A stretch of 64,000 nt of DNA from Antechinus flavipes (lineage: Eukaryota). Below, one piece after another: positions 46,043-57,799 of the stretch. The DNA is taken from contig NC_067403.1 of the NCBI RefSeq assembly GCF_016432865.1, positions 262,632,001 through 262,696,000 of the forward strand, given 5' to 3'. The position numbers and the translations under genes were made by a program. The notes beneath the pieces are model-generated. The model was not told the DNA's origin. It worked only from the letters and a program-made list of their open reading frames with translations, and did not search any database. Position 1 is the stretch's first letter. Every line of letters starts with the position of its first letter.

Positions 46043-47438
46043 AAAAAGTTACTTGTGAAAAATTCCCAGGCTATTCTGCTGAACCAATCAAAGGGATACA
46101 ATAGCAGTAAGCATACTTATGAAAGCATACAATGTAAGTCTTGTGGCTGGGTGGGAGAAAAGAGGTAATGCCTTGGAGGACTTGGATAAAGCAAGGGGTC
46201 AGTTTGGAATCCGGCGTTCCAACACCTCAGTAGGAGGAGGCTGGTTCCAGACAAGCTCTCCAGTGGGAATAAATTCTTTGGGGATAGCAAAGAAAGGGAG
46301 GCAAGAGCTTTTCTCTCCATCTTTCCCTTAATTGAAAAATGAACTTCCTTTGTGGACATCTAAAGGTCAAAGGATGTGAAATCCCGACAGACATGGGTAG
46401 TAATGTCCCCAAATGAGCAGGGGCAGCTGACAGCAGCATGAGTAGTAGAGGACAGCCAGACAGAAGAAAGGCAGTTCAAAGCCTCTGAAAGGACTCCAGA
46501 CCTTGAAAACCTGAAAGATAGTGAAAAACACCAAAAGAGCATTCGATGAACTTAGCAAAGGGAGAAAAGGAATTCTACAAACCACAAACTGAGGATTACC
46601 GCTTCACCACAGGTCCCCAGGGGCCCACTCTCCCAAGGGATCGCAAATGTACAAGGCAAAAGAGCATGACGGACAGGGGGAAGATGCCTTTGCAACAATT
46701 ATTCTTAGAATATACCACATTAATAAGAGCCGATGTAAAAAAATTAATGAACCTCAGCCAGCTAATCAATATCAACAGGTTTATTAGTAAATTCAATAAA
46801 CCGTTATTTAATGAATAAATTCGTTAAATATGCTATCCTGCTGTCCTGGTGACTTCTTGTTGGGACTTACCAATTGATCCATATCTGCACATGTGATTTG
46901 CTGGCACCTCATCGAGGCATTCAAATCCTGATATCTATAGAACTGCCATAATACAGCAATGATTTCTCTACCTACGTCCACAGACTATCTTTTGATGTCT
47001 TGTTTCTCCTATCAGTCAGTTATTGGGACTATTATATAACCCGTTTCTTGCCTCTTATCTCCTGTCCTAGAATGATTTCATATGAGTATCCGATAGCAAA
47101 TTGTTAACCCTTCCATGGAGGTGAAAGGGAAATAAAGGAAGAAAAGAAGTTGCAGCTCAAAACTGGAAGCAGTAAATGGCAAGGCTGCTTCTACAAATAA
47201 CTGAGGAAAAATAAAACGTTATTTGAAAAATAGCTCCAATGAATACTCTCCTCATTGCCAGGGACTTGGTCAGTACCAGGGGTCTGTAAGGACTAAAGAA
47301 AGCAAGTTCCAGGTCTCTGCTATGACAGAGATTTAGAAATGCTAGCTAGCTATAGCAACCGGACAAGGAAAAGCAAGAGAGGGAGGAAGAAAGGCAATGA
47401 TGGTTGAGCTGCCTCCCAACAACCTTCATTCCCGGATT

Positions 47439-47805
47439 CCCCAGACTCAGGGTTCCCTAATGGTCCTGGGATCTGGGTCATTAGTAAGGATGTTGAGACA
47501 GGAGCTGGGGATGGGAGCTGGGAGTGGAGGAGGAGTCTTGCTGAGGCGGAGTAACTTTTCCTCACAGTGGAATGGGAAAGGATGAAGTGAGCCTCAGATC
47601 TTACATTGGNNNNNNNNNNNNNNNNNNNNNNNNNNNNNNNNNNNNNNNNNNNNNNNNNNNNNNNNNNNNNNNNNNNNNNNNNNNNNNNNNNNNNNNNNNN
47701 NNNNNNNNNNNNNNNNNNNNNNNNNNNNNNNNNNNNNNNNNNNNNNNNNNNNNNNNNNNNNNNNNNNNNNNNNNNNNNNNNNNNNNNNNNNNNNNNNNNN
47801 NNNNN
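47439..47805 (-). pseudogene. Inverted, 5'-truncated KRTAP5 fragment (C-terminal QCKI* plus 3'UTR)
   Basis: The reverse complement reads CCAATGTAAGATCTGA (stop at 47594-47596) plus 155 nt of 3'UTR identical to copy B. Upstream there is only a 196-nt N run (47610-47805), too short for a ~670-nt CDS, and no ATG or promoter. Confidence 0.75.
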
Positions 47806-48178
47806 TGTACTTAGTAAAGCTAGTACTTTTATTGAAATTTATTGAATTTTATTTAAGGAGCCCACTATCTTTTGCCAGGCACATGCCTGCTGGCACCTGC
47901 TCCCAGATCTCTAGGAAGCTTCTACTTCTTCCCTGGGCTCTCACCATCTCCTTGTCAGCTGGGGCTGCTCTCGGGGAGTCTGGAGACTTCTGCCCTAAGC
48001 TTCCAGAATGTGTGAATGTGAGTGTGAGTGTGTGAATGTGTGAGTGAGTGTGAGTATGTGTGTGTGAGTGTGTCTGTGAGTGTGTGAAAATGTGTGTGAG
48101 TGAGGTTCTTGTGACCAGGTCCCTGTGACTAGGGCCAAACAAGCCCATTTGCCAATCCAGATGCCTGGTGCTTCCAGG

Positions 48179-48335
48179 TGAGTCATGTACACTATGGCCT
48201 GCTCTCTAAAAACCAAAGGCTGACCCTGTGGCAGTCAGGGGGCCAGGGGGCCTGCTCCTGCTTCTGCAGGGGGTCTGCAGAGGGGCTGTGGGCACATGCC
48301 CAGGACTGCTCCCGGGGCTGCACCACAGTATAAAA
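48179..48335 (+). promoter_or_regulatory. KRTAP5 copy B promoter (AP-1 TGAGTCA 48179-48185, TATAAAA 48329-48335)
   Basis: The same motifs and an upstream TTGCCAAT are conserved in copies C and D. Confidence 0.75.
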
Positions 48336-48431
48336 GCTGGGAGCAGAGAGGGGCTTCCACAACCCACTGACTCCTCTCTCTTGAGACCTTCCTCCCCTGT
48401 GGACACCAATCTCTTCCAATCTCTCAACATC

Positions 48432-49103
48432 ATGAGCTGCTGTGGNNNNNNNNNNNNNNNNNNNNNNNNNNNNNNNNNNNNNNNNNNNNNNNNNNNNNNN
48501 NNNNNNNNNNNNNNNNNNNNNNNNNNNNNNNNNNNNNNNNNNNNNNNNNNNNNNNNNNNNNNNNNNNNNNNNNNNNGCTGTGGTGGAGGCTGCAAGGGAG
48601 GCTGTGGCTCCAGCTGTGGAGGCTGCAAGGGAGGCTGTGGCTCCAGCTGTGGGGGCTGCAAGGGAGGTTGTGGCTCCAGCTGTGGAGGCTGCAAGGGAGG
48701 CTGTGGCTCCAGCTGTGGAGGCTGCAAGGGAGGCTGTGGCTCCAGCTGTGGAGGCTGCAAGGGAGGCTGTGGTTCCAGCTGTGGGGGCTGTTGTCAGTCC
48801 AGCTGCTGCAAGCCCTGCTGCTGCCAATCTAGCTGCTGCAAGCCTGTCTGCTGCTGTGTGCCTGCTTGTTCCTGCTCCAGCTGTGGCGGAGGCNNNNNNN
48901 NNNNNNNNNNNNNNNNNNNNNNNNNNNNNNNNNNNNNNNNNNNNNNNNNNNNNNNNNNNNNNNNNNNNNNNNNNNNNNNNNNNNNNNNNNNNNNNNNNNN
49001 NNNNNNNNNNNNNNNNNNNNNNNNNNNNNNNNNNNNNNNNNNNNNNNNNNNNNNNNNNNNNNNNNNNNNNNNNNNNNNNNNNNNNNNCCAATGTAAGATC
49101 TGA
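48432..49103 (+). CDS. KRTAP5: KRTAP5-family protein, copy B (223 aa, 6 [11 protein letters not shown] units visible)
   Basis: MSCC...([11 protein letters not shown])6 [37 protein letters not shown]...QCKI*. ATG and TGA are in frame across N runs 48446-48576 and 48894-49087. AATAAA at 49604-49609. Confidence 0.9.
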   Translation: MSCCXXXXXXXXXXXXXXXXXXXXXXXXXXXXXXXXXXXXXXXXXXXXXCGGGCKGGCGSSCGGCKGGCGSSCGGCKGGCGSSCGGCKGGCGSSCGGCKGGCGSSCGGCKGGCGSSCGGCCQSSCCKPCCCQSSCCKPVCCCVPACSCSSCGGGXXXXXXXXXXXXXXXXXXXXXXXXXXXXXXXXXXXXXXXXXXXXXXXXXXXXXXXXXXXXXXXXXQCKI

Positions 49104-51039
49104 GGCTCACTTCATCCTTTCCCATTCCACTGTGAGGAAAAGTTACTCCGCCTCAGCAAGACTCCTCCTCCACTCCCAGCTCCCATCCCCAGCTCCTGTC
49201 TCAACATCCTTACTAATGACCCAGATCCCAGGACCATTAGGGAACCCTGAGTCTGGGGTTTCCTGATCTCGTTATTTAGTCAAGAGTTAACTGGGTCACA
49301 GGAGCACCTCCTATCCTCATCCCCCACCATCCTTCACACACTCTGTTAAAAGGACATCACCCTGCCAAGAACACTCGGCAAAGGGCTGCCCAGCACACCA
49401 TGCAGATGCCCAGAGGAACCTCTAGGTCATCTCCAAGGATCATCTGCCCTGCCTCCAGATGTGGGGCCAGTGTTGGGGATTGCTGAGCTGCCTCCCAATA
49501 GTCTTCATTCCCAAACTCCCCAACTCTCTCCTTCTGAAGAGTCTCTTTGCTTATCTTGGGCTCCTTTGGCTGTCCCTAGAAATCCAGGCAATCAATTTGT
49601 TTCAATAAAAGCTACTCATAACTCTGAAAATGTCTTGCTTTCTTTCACAAATCTCTTGGGATGATCTACCACCAGGGCCCTGATCACTTAGTTAGCCCTT
49701 TTCACAGGCAGGTGCATCAGGGGCTCTTGGGCTCTGGGTCTGCCACATTCAGATATCAGCATATATTGACCTAGAACTGGTCCCTTTGCCACATTCCTCT
49801 TGCCTTTGATCAACACTGAGTGACTTTTCCAGGGGATGAGCTCAATTTCAAGAGCTCAAGCTTTTAGAGCCCATCTGGGCACACAGCACTTGGTTTTGAA
49901 GGAGTTGGGCCTCCATTTCCCAAGGGAAACTCTCAATGTGTAGGGCTTAAAGAGCTGCTCTGATATCTGCTACCTTCCCTTGTCCAGTCAGCCTGAGCTT
50001 TAGAAGGATGCATGTAGAGGAATGGCCTCCCCATTCTCCAGCTGACTCCAAATGCTTTTGCATTCCCTGAACAGACTCAGCCCCTGGCCAACCACAAAGG
50101 AGCCATGCTCCCTCCACCTTGAAGCAGTGCACTTGAGTATTAGCACCTCAGGGAGACCACAGCTTTCTACTGATTTCTGCTGAACTAGATCTGCTTACCT
50201 CCATTCGGGTGTTGGCTCTCCATGTGTTGGGGAACAGTCTGACTGAGACTCTCTTCCAGGTGACTAATTGTGCTGCCCTCCTTGGTGTTGTCAGAATACA
50301 GACCTACCTACCATGTTTGGAGGAAATGCACATATTGTGTTAGACAAGAAAAGGACACACAGAGACACAGAAACTGAGAGAGAGACTGACCCAGAGGGAC
50401 ACAGAGAGACAGAAAGTTAGTTTGGGAGTTTGCATTTCACCAAATTCTTTCATCAAGAAGATGATTGTTATTGTATTGATAACAAAACCTGGGAGGGATA
50501 GGACAGGTAGAGAAAACTAAACTTTTGTGAACCTTCAGGAAAAAAACATCAAAAATCAAGTGGAAATAAAATGGAAACCAAAAGAAGCAGCCATTCTTTC
50601 ATAAATATGCAGTGGCCCCTGTTTGCAGAATGCAAAAACTGTTCCTTGAAAATTTTGTCCATGATTTGGAAAGATAGACAATCTTTTTGCATCAACTATC
50701 AGTTGGGAAGAGAAGCCCCACTGAGAATATATGGTCATACAGAGGAGAATGGCCTTGGATAAGAGATCGCACCTTCATTTGCACCTAAAATCTGATATCT
50801 CCAATCAATGCTAGAGCTGGCTGATCTATGGATCGGGAAATTACTGACCACCCAACAGGATCCAGGGAGCATGCTGAAATATGTAAGAGGAGCATTTAGA
50901 TTAAGTGACATTCAAAGGGATTTGCCCAAACAAAACCAAATCAACACTAATTGGAACAAAACACACAAGTGGAGGTAGGGCTGGGCTTCTTTGTATTACC
51001 TCAAATAACTCTGCTTCAGCTATTTCTCCAGTAGAGAGA

Positions 51040-52010
51040 GAACTGGGTCAAAGGGATGAGAATCCTAGTCATTCCCCAGTTGACCAATGGTCAAATGATA
51101 GGAAGAAGCTGTTTTGAGACAAAGAAATCAAAGGAAGTTCTAATCTTACACCAAAATGCTCTGTCAATGTGGATCAAAGAACTGCAAGTCAAACACTTCA
51201 GAGCTCCTACCTCAGACCTATCAGATTGGTCCTTGGGAAGAAAAAAGGAAAACAATAGCTTCTGAAGGACCCCTGGGAAAACTGGGACATGGATACTTGT
51301 TGAATGAAGCTGCGAATTGATACACACATTTAGGAAAGACATTTAAAACTATGCCCAATAGCCCTTTTTGTAGTGGCGGGAAAGTGGAAACTGAATGGAT
51401 GCTCATCAATTGGAGAATGGTTGAATAAGTGATCGAATATGAATGCTATGTAATACAATTGTTCTGTAAGAAAGGACCAGCAGGATGATTTCAGAGAGGC
51501 CTGGAGAAACTTATAGGAACCGATGCTGAGTGAAGTGAGCAGAACCAGGAGATCATTATACATGGCAACAACAATTCTGATGGACTTGGCTCTTCTCAAC
51601 AATGAGATGATTCAAACCAGTTCCAATTGTTTAGTAATGAAGAGAGTCAGCTACAACCAGAGAGAGGACTATTGGAAATGAGTATGGACTACAACATAGC
51701 ATTTCCACGCTTTCTGTTGTTGTTTACTTGCATTTTGGTTTTCCTTCTCAGGTTTTTTTTCTTTCTAAATCCAAATTTTCTTGTACAGCAAAATAACTGT
51801 GTAAATATGTATACATATGTTGGATTTAACATACACTATAACATATTTAACAAGTATTGGACTACGTGCCAGCTAGGGGATGGGGTAAGAGGAAAGAGGG
51901 GAAAAGTCGGAACAGAAAAGTCAATGTTGAAAAATTACCCTTGCATATGTTTTGTAAAAAACAAAACAAAACAAAAACACACAAAAAAATCTAGAATGAT
52001 GATAAAAATT
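51040..52010 (+). mobile_element. LINE-1 3' end (ORF2 remnants, 3'UTR, A-rich tail)
   Basis: GGAAACTGAATGGATGCTCATCAATTGGAGAATGG...GAGCAGAACCAGGAGATCATT...; tail at ~51955-51990. Confidence 0.85.
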
Positions 52011-53981
52011 TAAATTAACTAACAACTATGCCCAAATGCCTATGGAACTCAGAATACATTTTGAGGTTGTAGAACCATTATTTGTTCTGTATTCCAAAGA
52101 GACTTCAGAAAGAACCTCTCAGTACCCAATGTTTGTAGGAGCTCTTTGTGGAGAGGCTCAGAATGAGGAATGAAGGGAATGGACCTCATTGGGGACCAGC
52201 TCAACAAGCTGTGCCATTCTATTAGGGGGAACTCTCACTGTGCTCTGAGAACATAACCAGCAGGATGATTTCAGAACAACCTGGAAACATGGACAACAAC
52301 TGATGCAGACACAGGCCCAGAACCAGAGAACATTTTCAACAGTAAAGCGGAACTGTGGGTTAAACAACTGGAAATGACTTCCCTGATCTCAGCAACCCAA
52401 TGATTTTAGAGAACCCCAAAGGACTCATGAGGTAGCAGAGTCATCAGAGAAAGAAATCTAGGTATCTAAGTAACGAACAAGNNNNNNNNNNNNNNNNNNN
52501 NNNNNNNNNNNNNNNNNNNNNNNNNNNNNNNNNNNNNNNNNNNNNNNNNNNNNNNNNNNNNNNNNNNNNNNNNNNNNNNNNNNNNNNNNNNNNNNNNNNN
52601 NNNNNNNNNNNNNNNNNNNNNNNNNNNNNNNNNNNNNNNNNNNNNNNNNNNNNNNNNNNNNNNNNNNNNNNNNNNNNNNNNNNNNNNNNNNNNNNNNNNN
52701 NNNNNNNNNNNNNNNNNNNNTTTCTCGCCTTCTTTCTCTAATTCATCCACTTTGCTTCTTTCTCTTTCTCTTTCTTTCTTTTCTTTCTTGTTCAAGGACT
52801 TTTCCCACACAATTATGAATATTCAAATTATATATGCTTATGCTACAGCAAACTCTGTTTCTTTTCTGCGAGGTCAGAGAGAAATAATGACAGAAGATAC
52901 TTGGGAACTCAAAACTTCAAGCAGGAAATGTCAGGCATGGTTTTACATGTAATTGAAGGAAAACCAACATCATTTTATGAATAGCCACAGTGAATACCAT
53001 CCCTTGCTAGCCCCCTGGTTAGGAACAGGGGGCTCCATGACCCAAAGTGGGTGAGTTTCTAGTCTTCAGGGCCCTGTCCAATTTTTAAAAATTTGATGTT
53101 AAAAGTCCTTTCCCTCCCTGCAGATTTTTCCTAACATCAAGGTCTGAGTGAGCTTTCTCTGCCTTACCCCGACCTCCATGAGTGCCAGGAGTCATGGACA
53201 CAATGCTCCCCATCTTTGCTCCTGATTCCACAAGAGGTGCAGCCCCCTCGCCCGTGATCCCAGATCCCTCACCAGTTTCCCCCTCCTGCTGTTCTCTTTT
53301 GTAGGAAAGGGGGCAACCCAGGATCCATCTCTGCACAGGAAGGCAGAAATGAGTCCCAAGTCTCATGGATGGACTCCCAGGAATCTGCCTCCCCTGGCCT
53401 TGGTCCCCTCAGGATCCTGCTCCCAAGCCCAGCTCCTTCATTTCTGCTGGGTCAGGCACTCTTTGCTCAGCTGGCCATTTGGGCCAGGCCTTCTTCTCCC
53501 TCCCTCCCTTCTCTAGGCATCCATTCCCTGATCCCCTCTCACCTGACACAGCACAGGATCATGGTCCCTGGAGCCCACCTGTGGTCTTGCCCCCTTCATC
53601 CTTGGGTCATGGCTCCTTTGCCTTGTCTGCAGCAGCTTTCTCAGCCCTGCCTTGGGCCCGACTCCTCCCTCAGCCTGTTGCCTTAGGCATGGCCATGGGG
53701 CTCAGGAGCCCACCATCTTCTGCCAGGCACGTGCCTGCTGGCACCTGCTCCCAGATCTCCAGGAAGCTCCTGCTTTTGCCCTGGGCTCTCGCCATCTCCT
53801 TGTCAGCTGGGGCTGATGTCGGGGAGCCTGGAGACTCCTGCTCTGAGCTCCCAGAGGGTGTGAATGTGTGAGTGAGTGTGAGAGTGTGTGTGTGTATTGT
53901 GTGAAAATGTGTATGAGTGAGGTCCCTGGGACCAGGGCCAAACAAGCCCATTTGCCAATCCAGGCGCCTGGTGCTTCCAGG

Positions 53982-54157
53982 TGAGTCATGGCCACAAGGC
54001 CTGCTCCCAAACAAACCAAAGCCTGACCCAGAGGCAGCCAGTGTCCAACAACAGCCCAGAGAGCCAGGGGGCCTGCTCTTGCTTCTGCAGGGGGTCTGCC
54101 AGAGGGGCTGTGGGCACGTGCCCAGGCCTGTCCCCGGGGCTGCACCACAGTATAAAA
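53982..54157 (+). promoter_or_regulatory. KRTAP5 copy C promoter (AP-1 53982-53988, TATAAAA 54151-54157)
   Basis: Motifs read directly and conserved across copies B-D. Confidence 0.75.
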
Positions 54158-54255
54158 GCTGGGAGCTGAGAGGGGCTTCCACAACCCACTGACTCCTCTC
54201 TCTCTTGAGATCTTCCTCCCCTGTGGACACCAATCTCTTCCAATCTCTCAGCATC

Positions 54256-54939
54256 ATGAGCTGCTGTGGCTGTTCAGGAGGCTGTGGCTCCAGCTGTGGG
54301 GGCTGTGGCTCTAGCTGTGGGGGCTGTGGTTCCAGCTGCTGTGTGCCCGTCTGCTGCTGCAAACCTGTGTGCTGCTGTGTGCCAGCCTGCTCCTGCTCTA
54401 GCTGTGGTGGAGGCTGCAAGGGAGGCTGTGGCTCCAGCTGTGGAGGCTGCAAGGGAGGCTGTGGCTCTAGCTGTGGAGGCTGCAAGGGAGGCTGTGGCTC
54501 CAGCTGTGGAGGCTGCAAGGGAGGCTGTGGCTCCAGCTGTGGAGGCTGCAAGGGAGGCTGTGGCTCCAGCTGTGGAGGCTACAAGGGAGGCTGTGGCTCC
54601 AGCTGTGGAGGCTGCAAGGGAGGCTGTGGCTCCAGCTGTGGGGGCTGCAAAGGAGGCTGTGGCTCCAGCTGTGGGGGCTGCTGTCAGTCCAGCTGCTGCA
54701 AACCTTGCTGCTGCCAATCCAGCTGCTGCAAGCCTGTCTGCTGCTGTGTGCCTGCTTGCTCCTGCTCCAGCTGTGGTGGAGGCTNNNNNNNNNNNNNNNN
54801 NNNNNNNNNNNNNNNNNNNNNNNNNNNNNNNNNNNNNNNNNNNNNNNNNNNNNNNNNNNNNNNNNNNNNNNNNNNNNNNNNNNNNNNNNNNNNNNNNNNN
54901 NNNNNNNNNNNNNNNNNNNNNNNNNNNNNNNNNNNNNNN
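54256..54939 (+). CDS. KRTAP5: KRTAP5-family protein, copy C (8 [11 protein letters not shown] units; stop hidden in N run, end estimated)
   Basis: [55 protein letters not shown]... is read to 54784. N run 54785-55012. The end is estimated from the 74-nt stop-to-CAGCTCCCA spacing in copy B. AATAAA at 55449-55454. Confidence 0.88.
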
Positions 54940-57799
54940 NNNNNNNNNNNNNNNNNNNNNNNNNNNNNNNNNNNNNNNNNNNNNNNNNNNNNNNNNNNNN
55001 NNNNNNNNNNNNCAGCTCCCACCCACACAGCTCCTGTCTCAGTTTCCTTGATGATGACCCAGGACCCAGGACCATCTGGGAACCCCGAGTCTGGGATTTC
55101 CTGATTTCCTTACTTAGCCTTACAACAGCCCTGTCCAAGGAGCCCTCCCTATCCCCTTCCCCCATCCTCCTCAGGCTGAAAACCTCCCCCGCCAAGTGGA
55201 CATCACCCTGCCAAGAACACCCAGCAAAGGGTTGCCCAGCACACCATGTAGACCCCCAGAGGAATCTCTGGGTCATTTCCAAGGATCATCTGCCCTGCTC
55301 CCAGATGTGGGGCCATCGCTTGAGATTGCTGAGCTGCCTCCCAACGGCCTTCATTCCTGGACTCCCCAACTCTCTCCTCCAAAGGGTCTCTTTGCTTATC
55401 TTGCCTACCTTGGGCTGTTCCTGGAAACCCAGACAATCATTTTGTTTCAATAAAAACTACCCTTAACCCTGAAAATGTCTTACTTTCCTTCACAAATCTC
55501 TTGGGGGTGATCTGCCGCTTGAGCTCTGAGCACTTAGTCAGCCTTTTTCACAGGCAGGTACATTCTGGGATCTTGGGCTCTGGGTCTGGCCCATTGGGAG
55601 ATTGGGGGACACTGGCCCAGAACTGGTCCCTTTGCCACATTCCTCTTGGTCACTACTGAGTGATTCTCTGTGGGGAAGGGTGGGGCTGATCTCAATTCCA
55701 AGAGTTTAAGCTTTTAGAGATCATTCTTGGCACACAGCACTTGGCTGTCCAGGGAAACTCTCAATGTGTAGGGGTTAAGGGGCTTCCCCGCTGTCTCCTG
55801 CCTGCCCTTGTCCAATCAGCCCAGGCTTCAGAAGGATGCATGTAGAGGAATGGCCTTCCCAGTCTCCAGCTGATTCCAAATGCTCTTGCTTTTTCTGAGC
55901 AGAGGCAGCCCCTGGCCAAACACACGGGAGCCATGTTCCCTTCATCTTGAAGCAGTGTACTTGAGTATGAGCACCTCAGGGAGACCCCAGCTTTCTACTG
56001 ATCTCTACTGAACTGGATCTGCTTACATCTATTCCGATGTTGGTGCTGCATGTGTTGGGGAATGGTCTGACTGAGACTCTCTTCCAGGGCACCAATTGTG
56101 CTGCCCTCCTTTCTGTTTTCCGAAAATAGAAAACAAACAAAAAACCTTACCATATTGGGGGAAAATGCACATATTGTGTGTTAGACAAGAAAAGGACACA
56201 CACAGAGATATAGAAACCGAGAGACAGAAATTGATCCAGAGGGACAGAAAGAGAGAAAGAGTTAATTGGGTGTTTGTATTTCACCAAATTATTTCATCAA
56301 GAAGATGATTGTTATGGTGGTGATAACAAAACCTGGGAGGAATAAGATCGACTGAGAAAAGTATTGACAATCTCAGGAAGCAACCATCATAAATTAAGCG
56401 GAAATAAAATGCCAATCAAAACGAGCAGCCATTCTTTTATAAATATGCAGTGACCTCTTTGCAGAATGCAAAAGCGGTTCCCTGGACAGTTTGCCCATGA
56501 TCTAGAAAGATAGAAAAACTCTTTGCATCAACTATCCATTGGGAACAGAAGTCCTACCAAAAATATATTGTCATATAGAGGACAATGGTCTTGGGTAAGA
56601 GATCCCACCTGCTTCTGCAGTTTGGTAGCACCTGCAAAAGGGGAGGAAAGAAAACTCTTTCCTGGAATGTTTTCAACAGTACTCACCTCATTGAGTACAG
56701 CACCATTGGTAAAGGGGAAAGCCTGGAAAACTTCCCCATCAGCTGTGGGCCTGTGCCTTTGACATGGTGCTATGCCTGGGAGAAAGGCTAGCTAGATATA
56801 GCAATCAGAAAAAGGAAAGGAAGGGAGGGAAGAAGAAAGGAAAGGGGAGGCAAAGTCACCTCTCGAGAGAAGGTCATGGCTTCTCTAGCCCAGGGCCTAG
56901 GATTCTTCCAGTCATGAATGGGGCCAAGTCACACCTTCAATAGACCAGCCAGTCAAAAAGAAAATCTTCCAGTCTGCTAAGGTTGACAGGGTGTCAATGT
57001 GCATCACAGAGTGCTAAATGTCCAAACAATCTCTTCATCCTTAGGATGATGTAGAGGGCTAGGTCAGAGGAAGAGACTTGGGACATGGGACACTATCTCA
57101 TGATCCTACCTCAGGCCCATCTGATTGGTCATAAGGAAGAAAAAGGGTCTGGAGGACCCTTGCAAAAACTGGGACATGAATACCCATTGAGTGAAGGTGT
57201 AAATTGATCCAGTCATTTTGTAAAGACATTTAAAATTGTACCCAAAGGGCCAGGAAACTTAGAATATAATTTGAGGTAGCAGAACCATGATTTGGATTAT
57301 ATCCCTAAGAGATTTCAGAAAGAACCTCTCTGTACCCGATGTTTGTAGAAGCTCTTTGTGGAATGGCTCAGAATGAGCCATGAAAGTTATGCAACCCATT
57401 GGGGACTGGCTCAACAAGCTGCGCAATTCGATTAAAAAGAACTCTCAGTGTGCTCTGAGACATAATCAGCAGGACGATTTCAGAACCACTTGGAAACATG
57501 TACAACAACAGGCCTAGAACCAGAGAACCTTTTCAACCGTAACAGTAGAACTGTGTGTTGAACAACTGGAAATGATTTCCCTAATCTCAGCAACGCAATG
57601 ATTTTAAAGAATCCCCAAGGATGGGGGTAGGACCTTGTCCCACAAACCTCAGACTAGTTACCAGATTTAACCTCTGAACTAATTTTGGACTTGCAGAACC
57701 CACAAATATTGGGATTGCTACAAATTACCAGCAGAAGATAATTTTGAAAGGTCTGCTTCAATTGTGTGGGGAGGGAGATGGGCCAAGTGCAAGGCTGAG

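Larger units (their letters stand above)
47870..50780 (+). repeat. KRTAP5 duplication unit B
   Basis: Promoter, gene and 3' flank are homologous to units C and D. The 5' flank is cut off at ~47870 and 3' homology ends at ~50780. Confidence 0.85.
52770..57620 (+). repeat. KRTAP5 duplication unit C
   Basis: 5' flank (L1 terminus plus unique sequence) matches 59950-61409; 3' flank matches 62196-64000. ATG-to-ATG period C to D is 7153 bp. Confidence 0.9.

Noticed and set aside
47610-47805. A fifth complete KRTAP5 gene hidden in the N run
   Set aside because: N runs elsewhere preserve true length, and 196 nt cannot hold a ~670-nt CDS plus promoter.
54205-54255. 17-aa extension MR(S/P)[12 protein letters not shown](S/N)I ahead of each KRTAP5
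   Set aside because: The ORF track starts it at TTG in the 5'UTR. The family start is ATG-AGC-TGC (MSC).
53670-55051. Antisense and alternative-frame ORFs in KRTAP5 copies (QPPQLEP and [11 protein letters not shown] repeats)
   Set aside because: By-products of repetitive Cys/Gly/Ser codons. TATA, Kozak and poly(A) signals support only the Cys-rich frame.
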